DNA from: Candidatus Latescibacterota bacterium
GTDB taxonomy: Bacteria; Krumholzibacteriota; Krumholzibacteriia; WVZY01
DNA: 64,000 nt
Assembly (NCBI GenBank): GCA_963791045.1
Contig: CAWBQK010000017.1
Span: 160,001 to 224,000 of the forward strand
Direction of reading: 5' to 3'
The notes under the pieces were generated by a model, which saw only the letters and a list, made by a program, of their open reading frames with translations, searched no databases and was not told where the DNA came from. A program made the position numbers and the translations under genes. The number at the start of each line of letters is the position of its first letter. The first letter of the stretch is position 1. This document shows, piece after piece, positions 1 through 7,828 of the stretch.

Positions 1-2
1 CG

Positions 3-755
3 GCATTCCTCGAATACCTCGCTGAAGACGGGGTGATCTTCAGACCGGACCCGGTAAACGGCCGTGAGTGGTATCTAACGCAGGATGATTCGGACGCCTA
101 CCTCGGATGGGAACCGGTCTATGCGGATATGTCGCGGGCGGGCGACTTTGGTTACACGACGGGACCTTGGGAATTCAGCGAGAACGGGGAGGTTGAATCG
201 GCGAATGTTTTTGGACAGTACGTATCTGTCTGGCAAAGAGACGGGTTGGGGAACTTGAAGGTCGTCATTGATATGGGGACGGTCAACCCCAGTCCGAAAA
301 CGGCGGATGCGCCGCTGGTGACGTCGTCGAACCGATTGGAGGACACGTGGGTCGGCGAAGGCGATGATTCCGAGGGCGGTCGAAAAAGACTTGAGCGCTC
401 GGAATTCGAGTTCACAAAGCTGAGACGCGATTCGGGACCCGTTTCCGCGTACGGGAGATACGGCGACGGAGATATTCGACTTCTCAGGATGGACGAGTTC
501 CCGCTGATCGGGGTGGAAGCGGTTCGGAGGCATTTTGCGGGCGCCGACAGGGAAGAGGGGGGTACGGAAATGTCGATGCTGCTGGGGAGCGATGTCGCGA
601 TATCGGGAGATATGGGTTACACCTTTGGCGCGACGGCGATGGTGGGCGGATCGAGTTTCTTTCGAATCTGGCGACGAACAAAAGAAGGTGGCTGGTATAT
701 TGTCCTTGATATGTCGATTCCCCGTGCGGATGAGAGTGATGCCCAAAATGAGTAA
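3..755 (+). CDS. DUF4440/NTF2-like (SnoaL-like) tandem-domain protein, 5'-partial
   Basis: Frame is open from the window edge (AFLEYLAEDGVIFRP). Contains two copies of the family-typical S..GD.GYT.G ... Y/F..[VI]W.R...G.[LW].[VI]V.D motif. Confidence 0.75.
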   Translation, partial: AFLEYLAEDGVIFRPDPVNGREWYLTQDDSDAYLGWEPVYADMSRAGDFGYTTGPWEFSENGEVESANVFGQYVSVWQRDGLGNLKVVIDMGTVNPSPKTADAPLVTSSNRLEDTWVGEGDDSEGGRKRLERSEFEFTKLRRDSGPVSAYGRYGDGDIRLLRMDEFPLIGVEAVRRHFAGADREEGGTEMSMLLGSDVAISGDMGYTFGATAMVGGSSFFRIWRRTKEGGWYIVLDMSIPRADESDAQNE

Positions 756-798
756 TGCGATTGCGGGCGTGTGGCGCAGTAGAATGCGGCGCCATTAG

Positions 799-2313
799 TT
801 ACTTCAACAAAACGATCCGGCGGGTTTCGAACCGGTTGTTTGATTCCAGGGTGCAGAAGTAGACGCCCGAACCGCTTCGCGTCCCTTTCCTGTCCGTGCC
901 GTCCCAGGTCACGGCAAACACGCCTGCTTCATGCGACCGGTCATCGACAAGTCTTCGCACAAGCACCCCGCCAACATCATAAATTGAAACACTCACCGGA
1001 GAAGGGCTTCCAACCCGATAGCGAATGGTTGTGACCGGGTTGAACGGGTTGGGGAAGACGGTCGTGAGTTCAGTGCTGAAACGGGGAATCGATATCTGGA
1101 CCCATTGTGACCGGACTTTTGACCCATCGATCAGACTTGTGGTGAGTGCGTAACGATATGTTTTGCCGGGTTCGGCCGTCGTGTCGCGGGCGGACTCGGA
1201 GTCGGCGGCATAATAGAATATGTCGTGGTCGTTTGTTCCGCTCTCAATTCTGTCGATGGTGAATCCTTCAACGGATGCAGTGGATGTTACTCGCCACTCG
1301 AGATTGACCTCTTTGCCGTAGTTGGCGGCGGCAAAATATTCCACAAAAACAGGGACGGAAGCGTCGAGTCGAAGGATGGTGCCGGCGTCTCCAACGGAGA
1401 AAACGTTACCCATATCGTCGCCGAAGACGCCCTTGAGTGTGCGGGTGGTTGGCGTGGCCATAGTCGTCCAGGATTCGCCATCCCAACGGAGAATTGTCCC
1501 GCCCGAACCCACGGCGAAAGCATCATCCGGGCCCCGTCCCCAAATTCGGAGGAGGTCCTCATCCGTTCCGGAGTCCTGAGCTTCCCAGGCGCTGCCGTCG
1601 AAGTGGACGATGACACCTTCACCGCCAACGATAAACGCGTCGTCGCCCGATGTGCCCCACACGCCCCAGAGCGTGGGGCGGACGCCGCTGGTCATGGGTG
1701 CCCATGCGGCGCCGTCATAGTGGAGAATGGTGGCGAGATGACCCGCGACAAAAATGTCATTGTTTGCGGGGCCCCAAATGTCGTACAGACGATTTGGGCT
1801 GTTGCTTTCCACGTTGTCCCAGCGAATTCCGTCGAAATGAATGATTGTTCCCCGAGTGCCGGTGATGAATACATCGTCGGGAGCTGTTCCCCAGGCGCCT
1901 CTCAGGAATTCCGTGGTTGGAGTGTTGACCGGCGCCCAGAAACTGCCGTTGAAACGGACGACCAATCCTCCTCCGCCAACCGCGTATACGTTGCCCGGTG
2001 AGGTGCCCCAGACCCCCTGGAAATCCTCTGTGGTGCCGCTCATCATCGGAGACCACTGTGCGCCGTCAAAGCGAAGGATTGTGCCTTGCGCGCCGACGAC
2101 GAAAAAGATGCCGCCTTGTCCCCAGACACCGGAAAGTATCTCGCCGGTTCCTCCGTCAATCTCCATCCATACGGCGTCTTCGGTAAGCAAAACGGGAAAG
2201 CGATCGAGCGAATCACGCGCCGAATAGGCGGGACTTTGAACGACCAATGCGGCAAGAAAGAGACACCCGAGAACGAGCCAGCGCGCGAAAAAGAGGATTG
2301 GACGAGGTTGCAT
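799..2313 (-). CDS. Secreted 7-bladed beta-propeller (L.GVWG..P.D.F.VG..GTIL.FDG..W repeats) with C-terminal FlgD-Ig/T9SS-type sorting domain
   Basis: Seven ~39-aa repeats and a signal peptide. C-terminus FPNPFNPVTTIRY...IYDVGG.LVR.L...WDG.D..G...SGVYF..L...RRIVLLK. ATG at 2313 has an AAGGAG SD. Confidence 0.85.
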   Translation of the reverse strand: MQPRPILFFARWLVLGCLFLAALVVQSPAYSARDSLDRFPVLLTEDAVWMEIDGGTGEILSGVWGQGGIFFVVGAQGTILRFDGAQWSPMMSGTTEDFQGVWGTSPGNVYAVGGGGLVVRFNGSFWAPVNTPTTEFLRGAWGTAPDDVFITGTRGTIIHFDGIRWDNVESNSPNRLYDIWGPANNDIFVAGHLATILHYDGAAWAPMTSGVRPTLWGVWGTSGDDAFIVGGEGVIVHFDGSAWEAQDSGTDEDLLRIWGRGPDDAFAVGSGGTILRWDGESWTTMATPTTRTLKGVFGDDMGNVFSVGDAGTILRLDASVPVFVEYFAAANYGKEVNLEWRVTSTASVEGFTIDRIESGTNDHDIFYYAADSESARDTTAEPGKTYRYALTTSLIDGSKVRSQWVQISIPRFSTELTTVFPNPFNPVTTIRYRVGSPSPVSVSIYDVGGVLVRRLVDDRSHEAGVFAVTWDGTDRKGTRSGSGVYFCTLESNNRFETRRIVLLK

Positions 2314-2453
2314 GATGCCGGTCTCCTTATCATATAATTCTAACACATAAAAGTGTCACATCGGAACCGAAGCAGCATTCGCGGGGAAGTCAGACGCGGG
2401 CAGGGCAGGTGCGGGTTGGCCGATAAACGACCGTCTGTTATGATTTCACTATT

Positions 2454-2873
2454 ATGGGAGTCAAAACATTCAACATCACGGTCGAGACGGAGGGGTTCTG
2501 CCATCTCGAAGATATAACACGGGACGTGCAGGACTGCGTCAAACGGTCGGGGTTGACGGCGGGAATTGCGTGCGTCGCGGTCGTCGGTTCGACGGCGGGG
2601 ATTAGTACCATTGAGTATGAACCGGGTCTTCTCGCGGACATTCCCGAATTTCTGGAGAAGCTTCTGCCGTCAGACCGGTCGTATCATCACGACGAGACAT
2701 GGCACGATGGGAATGGATTTTCGCATATGCGGTCCTTTCTGCTCAAGACATCGCACACGGTTCCATTCTCGGAGTCGCGCCTCATGCTCGGCACGTGGCA
2801 GCAGATCGTTGTCGCTGATTTCGACAACGGCCCGCGAAGCCGCAAAATTGTCGTACAGCTTGTTGGGGAGTAG
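2454..2873 (+). CDS. yjbQ: YjbQ/UPF0047 family protein (secondary thiamine-phosphate synthase)
   Basis: Y.H...W.DGNG.SH.RS and LGTWQQIV..DFD..PR.R motifs. Confidence 0.9.
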   Translation: MGVKTFNITVETEGFCHLEDITRDVQDCVKRSGLTAGIACVAVVGSTAGISTIEYEPGLLADIPEFLEKLLPSDRSYHHDETWHDGNGFSHMRSFLLKTSHTVPFSESRLMLGTWQQIVVADFDNGPRSRKIVVQLVGE

Positions 2874-2898
2874 CCCGGCTGTGGGCGCGACAGCCTCG

Positions 2899-4680
2899 TC
2901 ATTGGGCCTCGCGTGTCGCCTCGATCCGTGCGTCTCCGTGTTCGATCACAAGCCTGTCGCCGGCTGCAAAATTGGCGGCGACCACGGCGCCGGTCGTCAG
3001 GCTGTACGAGACGAAGCGGTTTGGTGACTGTCCGAGAAGTTCTCTGGAAGGCGGCTCGGCGTTTGGGCGAATTCCTCCACACTTGCCGCCCATCCATAAG
3101 AATCGGCACTCGAAGGACTTGCCTGAAAAGTGGATACGGCAGTGGGTTTGTGCGCCTTCGGCCGCAAGCGTGCCCACAATTTCGACGCGTTCGAAAGGGC
3201 CGAAGCCTTTGAGCGAGCCCCACCATTCTTTCACCATCGCTTCCCATTCCCTCTTTGTCGCCATTCCCGTGTCGAAATGCCCCAGTGCCTTGTCAAAGTC
3301 CGAGGCGGAGAGTGCTGTGACGAGTTCGCGTGTCAACTGGTTGTATTTCGACAATTGTGCCTCGAACCGAGAGGGGAAGAGGGCCGCCATGGCCGTTTGC
3401 CCTTCGGGGTCGATGAGAAGAACGCCGGTCGGCGCTGTAACGCGAAAAATGTCCCCGTTGGGAAGTGAATATGCGCCTGCGTGGGATGCGATGTCAAAAC
3501 CCGATACCGAGTCTTTGTCGATGGAAGGGGGAAGTGGTGTGCCGCTTCCTATGAGGATGCCGGCGAGCCGTTCCGCTATAATATCGGTCGGATGAATTCC
3601 CTCGATGGGTTTGTTGGAAAAGACAACGATGAAAAGATCGTCGTCGACAAAATGATAAACGGCGCACCCCCACCCCTGGGGCATAGATCCGCCGTTGTGC
3701 CAAATGAGAGTCTTCCCGTCTTTGTACTCATCGATCACCCATCCATATCCATAGTAGCTGCCGCCGTCCTCATACTCGAGAACGTACGGTGTGAACATCT
3801 GGTCTCTTGCGTCCTTGGGCAGAACGTCACCGGTTCGGATTCCGCGGTACCACTTGTACATGTCCGTCGTGGTTGACAATATTCCGCCGTTGCCCTTGAG
3901 AAACCAATATTCGGTGGGGCGTTCGAGGGGCGACGCGTAAGCGGTGTCGAGATTGTGTGAGCGCGACACCTGCGCGGGCTCAATATCGAGAAGCTTGAGA
4001 CCTGTCGCGTTCATGTCCAGTGGCAAAAAAAATGTATCGCGAAGGTATTTCTCGTATTCGACGCCGGTGACGATTTCGACGATGGCGGCGAGGAGCGAGT
4101 ACCCGCCGTTTGAATACTGGTATTTGTCCCCGGGTGGGAGTTCGAGCGGTGTGTCCAATATCAGGCGGATGAGTTGTGGTCGGGTTATTGGATCTTCATC
4201 GCTTCCGTATGCCGGCCTTAGGCCTGCCGTGTGGGTGAGGAGTTGATGTATCGTTATTTGCTTTTTGTCTTCGGGAACATCGTCAAAGAAATTGGTTATT
4301 GGATCGTTCACGTTGAGATTGTTATTTGCCTGGAGATAAAGTATCGCGGTGGCTGTGAACTGCTTGGTAACTGATCCAGTGCTGAAGAGCGTGCCGGGCT
4401 TGTTGGGCACGCCTTTGGAAACGTCGGCAAGACCGTATGCGCGGTTGAGGAAGATTTCGTTTCCCTGCGCGACAAGGACGGCACCGTGAAATCCGAACGG
4501 TTCGAGACGATTCATGTACGACTCTATCGTGGCGACCTTGTCGACATCGATCATTGTCACGGCCGGTTGATCGCTCTGTGTGGTCGCAAGCGTGCTACCG
4601 ACCCAAAAGAGCAGCGCGGCGGCGGCCATAATAATAGGGAAGGCGGTGGAATCGAATCGGTTGATTTGCAGTTTTCTCAC
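2899..4680 (-). CDS. Secreted serine hydrolase, beta-lactamase class C/PBP family, with C-terminal extension
   Basis: GSVTK (SxxK), LLTHTAG, YSN (YxN), HNG; N-terminal signal peptide. Confidence 0.85.
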   Translation of the reverse strand: MRKLQINRFDSTAFPIIMAAAALLFWVGSTLATTQSDQPAVTMIDVDKVATIESYMNRLEPFGFHGAVLVAQGNEIFLNRAYGLADVSKGVPNKPGTLFSTGSVTKQFTATAILYLQANNNLNVNDPITNFFDDVPEDKKQITIHQLLTHTAGLRPAYGSDEDPITRPQLIRLILDTPLELPPGDKYQYSNGGYSLLAAIVEIVTGVEYEKYLRDTFFLPLDMNATGLKLLDIEPAQVSRSHNLDTAYASPLERPTEYWFLKGNGGILSTTTDMYKWYRGIRTGDVLPKDARDQMFTPYVLEYEDGGSYYGYGWVIDEYKDGKTLIWHNGGSMPQGWGCAVYHFVDDDLFIVVFSNKPIEGIHPTDIIAERLAGILIGSGTPLPPSIDKDSVSGFDIASHAGAYSLPNGDIFRVTAPTGVLLIDPEGQTAMAALFPSRFEAQLSKYNQLTRELVTALSASDFDKALGHFDTGMATKREWEAMVKEWWGSLKGFGPFERVEIVGTLAAEGAQTHCRIHFSGKSFECRFLWMGGKCGGIRPNAEPPSRELLGQSPNRFVSYSLTTGAVVAANFAAGDRLVIEHGDARIEATREAQ

Positions 4681-5012
4681 GATAACCTTTCGTCCGAGCA
4701 GAAAAATAAAAAGCGGCCGACCGGATTCGAACCGGCGAAGATCGACTGTTCCGAGAGGGAAGAGGTTTGGTTTTCAATTGTACGACCCATCGACAAACGC
4801 GTTCCATGGTGTAAAAACCGGCAAAAAGATGATATGTGTGTAAGACGAGTCTTACATTTTTAAGAAAAATTTGCAAACCACCCCGTGAAACTCCCTGGAT
4901 TTTCAAGAAACCGTGAGATATAAGAAGAAATCCACGGAAACCTGAAAACAAGAAGGTTTTGAAGCAAAAACTCAAAACATGCATTAATACGCATCAAACC
5001 CCAACTCTTTAA

Positions 5013-5042
5013 TTGACTAAGGGTTCGAAATCGTGATATAAT
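5013..5042 (+). promoter_or_regulatory. sigma70 promoter with extended -10 for the 5169 gene
   Basis: TTGACT-N18-TATAAT with TG at the extended position (TGaTATAAT). Confidence 0.75.
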
Positions 5043-5046
5043 TGCT

Positions 5047-5168
5047 TTCGCAACACTGGAGCATGGCTGTCATTCCACACACATCGCACGGGATGAAAAC
5101 CTGCTTCTCCGGATTTCTAGCTGCATTGCCTGAACAGCGTACGTTGAGTAACAAGGAGGAGTAACGAT
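5047..5168 (+). promoter_or_regulatory. Conserved structured 5' leader, copy 1
   Basis: Identical blocks shared with 5924-6043; hairpin CTGGAG/CTCCGG enclosing TCATTCC/GGGATGA; SD AAGGAGG. Confidence 0.6.
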
Positions 5169-5720
5169 ATGAAGAAAATGGCATTGCTTACGATCGCGAT
5201 GCTTTGTGTAGCGAGCCTTGTGTTCGCGCAGGGTGGAAGTATCGGCGCCTTTGGCGACATGGGTGGAACAGACTGTTACATCACTGACGCAGCGCCCGGT
5301 CTTCTCTCGATCTACATTGTCCATGTGAACGTTCCCGGCGCAACGGCTTGTCAGTTCGCCGCCCCGACACCGGCGTGTATGACTGCTGCGACCTATCTGT
5401 CCGACAGTTCACCGTTCGCGGTCGTTATCGGTAGCTCGCAGACCGGCGTAGCCATTGGTTACGGCGGATGTTTCACAGGTCCGATCCACGTTTTGACGAT
5501 TCAGTACTTCGCCTCCGGAATGACAGCACCGTGCTGTTACTTCGATGTCGTTCCTGATCCGTATCTCCCGTCAGGACAGATCGAAGTCGTTGACTGTGTC
5601 GAGAATCTGATTTACGCCACAGGTCAGAGTGGCCTCGTGAATGCCGACGGCTCATGCGAGTGCGGCGTTCCCACGCAGGACACCACCTGGGGCCAGATGA
5701 AAGCTCTCTATAGCGAATAA
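5169..5720 (+). CDS. Secreted Cys-rich hypothetical protein with C-terminal TWGxxK motif (paralog A1)
   Basis: Signal peptide MKK...VFA|Q, strong SD, ends CECGVPTQDTTWGQMKALYSE; ungapped paralog of 6044-6595. Confidence 0.9.
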   Translation: MKKMALLTIAMLCVASLVFAQGGSIGAFGDMGGTDCYITDAAPGLLSIYIVHVNVPGATACQFAAPTPACMTAATYLSDSSPFAVVIGSSQTGVAIGYGGCFTGPIHVLTIQYFASGMTAPCCYFDVVPDPYLPSGQIEVVDCVENLIYATGQSGLVNADGSCECGVPTQDTTWGQMKALYSE

Positions 5721-5751
5721 TCTCTCTGTTGGCTGAGTGAAAATTTGCGCT

Positions 5752-5785
5752 AAAGGCGCCCGGTCTTGTGACCGGGCGCCTTTTT
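5752..5785 (+). terminator. Intrinsic terminator
   Basis: AAAGGCGCCCGGTC-ttgt-GACCGGGCGCCTTTTT. Confidence 0.85.
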
Positions 5786-5889
5786 ATTGAGGAGGGATGT
5801 AGGCAACTGCTTTCTTCGCAGAAGACTACCATCATAATGGCAAGGTCCGGAATTGCCAGCAATCATGCGGGATATCTCGAACTCGACAA

Positions 5890-5919
5890 TTGACAGGTGG
5901 TTAAATCTTATGTTATAAT
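5890..5919 (+). promoter_or_regulatory. sigma70 promoter with consensus hexamers and extended -10 for the 6044 gene
   Basis: TTGACA-N18-TATAAT, TGtTATAAT. Confidence 0.85.
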
Positions 5920-5923
5920 GAAG

Positions 5924-6043
5924 TTCGCAACACTGGAGCTTGGCTTCAATCCGTATACATCGCACGGGATGAATGATCGCTTCTCCAGATTGCCAACTGC
6001 AGATCCTGAACAGCGTACGATGTTAATAAGGAGGAGTAACAAT
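5924..6043 (+). promoter_or_regulatory. Conserved structured 5' leader, copy 2
   Basis: CTGGAG(5933)/CTCCAG(5983) enclosing TTCAATCCGT/ACGGGATGAA; SD AAGGAGG. Confidence 0.6.
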
Positions 6044-6595
6044 ATGAAGAAAGCAGCATTGCTGACAATCGCGATGCTCTGTGTGGCTAGCCTTGCGTTC
6101 GCGCAGGGCGGCAGCATTGGTGTCTTCGGCGACATGGGCGGCACGGACTGTAACGTGTATGACGCGGGCCCTGGTCTTCTGTCGGTTTATGTCGTTCATG
6201 TGAACACAGCGGGCGCAACTGCCAGTCAGTTCTACGCGCCGACACCGGCGTGTATGGTCGGAGCAACCTACCTGTCCGATTCGTCACCGTTCGCGGTCGT
6301 TATCGGTAGCTCGCAGACCGGTGTCGCGATCGGTTACGGCGGATGCTTTACCGCGCCGATCCACCTTCTGACGATTCAGTACTTCGGTTCCGGGCTTACG
6401 AGTCCGTGCTGTTACTTTGGCGTCTATCCGGATCCGGCAGTACCGTCCGGACAGATCGAAGTTGTCGACTGCGTGGAGAATCTGATCTTCGCGACCGGCG
6501 GCGTTGGTATCGTGAATCCCGACGGAACATGCCTGTGCGACGTCCCCACTCAGGACACCACATGGGGCAAGGTTAAGACGCTCTTCAGCGAATAA
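6044..6595 (+). CDS. Secreted Cys-rich hypothetical protein with C-terminal TWGxxK motif (paralog A2)
   Basis: 183 aa with 36 substitutions versus A1 (~80% identity, counted by eye); ends CLCDVPTQDTTWGKVKTLFSE. Confidence 0.9.
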   Translation: MKKAALLTIAMLCVASLAFAQGGSIGVFGDMGGTDCNVYDAGPGLLSVYVVHVNTAGATASQFYAPTPACMVGATYLSDSSPFAVVIGSSQTGVAIGYGGCFTAPIHLLTIQYFGSGLTSPCCYFGVYPDPAVPSGQIEVVDCVENLIFATGGVGIVNPDGTCLCDVPTQDTTWGKVKTLFSE

Positions 6596-6626
6596 TTATT
6601 CGTTGACCGAGTTATTCAGTTGGAAG

Positions 6627-6661
6627 AAAAACACCCGATCTTTGGATCGGGTGTTTTTTTT
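6627..6661 (+). terminator. Intrinsic terminator
   Basis: AAAAACACCCGATC-tttg-GATCGGGTGTTTTTTTT. Confidence 0.85.
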
Positions 6662-6819
6662 GCTGTCGAAGAATCAAAAAACCAATTTGCGTTCCGGGAC
6701 AAATAGCTATAGGTTGATATCGATCGGTAACGGGATGCCGCCTGACCGGGATTCGGAAAGAGATCGATCCGGCCGACGCGTCATCCTGGGGAATTGTGAA
6801 CGCACAAGGAGATCGCGGA

Positions 6820-7014
6820 ATGACAATGAATAATATGATCCGTGCGATAGCCGGGACGTTGATCCTGGTTTCGCTCGGGCTTGCGAAATTCCACAGCCCG
6901 AATTGGCTTTACTTTACCGCCTTTATCGGCCTGAACCTCTTCCAATCCGCTTTTACGAAGTGGTGTCTCATGGAGGACATATTGGCCAAGTTTGGTGTTC
7001 CGAAGCAAAATTGA
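6820..7014 (+). CDS. DUF2892/YgaP-like small membrane protein
   Basis: IR.IAG..IL.S...W...TAFIG.NLFQSAFTKWCLME.IL.K.G pattern; SD AAGGAG. Confidence 0.85.
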   Translation: MTMNNMIRAIAGTLILVSLGLAKFHSPNWLYFTAFIGLNLFQSAFTKWCLMEDILAKFGVPKQN

Positions 7015-7041
7015 CAACGGCAAACAGTGGGCGGAAAATTG

Positions 7042-7076
7042 AACCCGGGGACGCTGCGCGTCCGCCGGGTTTTTTG
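7042..7076 (+). terminator. Terminator between convergent genes
   Basis: AACCCGG-GGACGC...GCGTCC-GCCGGGTTTTTTT hairpin with U-tract. Confidence 0.55.
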
Positions 7077-7097
7077 TGTCGTGGGCGAGCGAGTTCG

Positions 7098-7733
7098 TTA
7101 TTCGGTTGACGCGAAGTAGGGATTTCTTCCGCCCGCGTGATCCGTGGTGTCGAGGATCTCGCCGACTTCGGGGATGTGCTGGCGAATCAACTTCTCGACG
7201 CCGTACTTAAGAGTGACGTGCGACATCCCGCATCCCTGACAACCGCCGCCAAATTCGAGGTAGATGTTGTTTTCTTTCACATCGAGAAGATTGATCTGAC
7301 CACCGTGTGAGGCGACTGCCGGTGTGATCGCGGCGTCGATGAGTTCCTGGACCTTTTGCTTAAGTTCATCGGACGAGGGAAGTGTATTTTTGTGCTCGGG
7401 GGCGACGGCGGGTTCATCGGAATCGAGTTGATGACGAATCGCCGATGCAATCTTTCCGCCAAGGTCCTGCCAGTCGGCGGGCTGCTCGGTACTCACCGTT
7501 ACGGCATCGCCCGCTACAAGAACCTCGGTCACCTCTTCGATGTCGATTAGTTTTGCCGCCATCGGCGATAACCTGGCGGCGGGTTCTCCGGACACATGGA
7601 TGGCGCCGCCGGGGTAGACCGCGGGTTCAACCACGAACCGACAGATATTTTGATGTGTATAAGAGGGTTCAACGCTTACGCGGATTCGTGAACCGTCCTT
7701 GGCTTTCCAACTGTAACTGGTTTCCTCGTACAT
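7098..7733 (-). CDS. NifU/NfuA-family Fe-S cluster carrier (Nfu N-terminal + NifU C-terminal domains)
   Basis: PAVASHGG...FGGGCQGCGMS..TLK.GVE...D.TDH..G.NPYF; SD AAGGAG before ATG 7733. Confidence 0.9.
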   Translation of the reverse strand: MYEETSYSWKAKDGSRIRVSVEPSYTHQNICRFVVEPAVYPGGAIHVSGEPAARLSPMAAKLIDIEEVTEVLVAGDAVTVSTEQPADWQDLGGKIASAIRHQLDSDEPAVAPEHKNTLPSSDELKQKVQELIDAAITPAVASHGGQINLLDVKENNIYLEFGGGCQGCGMSHVTLKYGVEKLIRQHIPEVGEILDTTDHAGGRNPYFASTE

Positions 7734-7828
7734 TGATTTGCTCCTTGATCGCGTATGGTTCTCGCGTGGATGGCGCCCAGGTGCCTCATTCCTCAAAATA
7801 GGGAATGGGAGACCGGTTATCAAGCAGT

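Noticed and set aside
4865-4990. AT-rich degenerate repeats (AAGAAA-CCGTGA-like) upstream of the A1 promoter
   Set aside because: Irregular spacing and low identity; not a CRISPR or iteron array. It may only be UP-element-like DNA.
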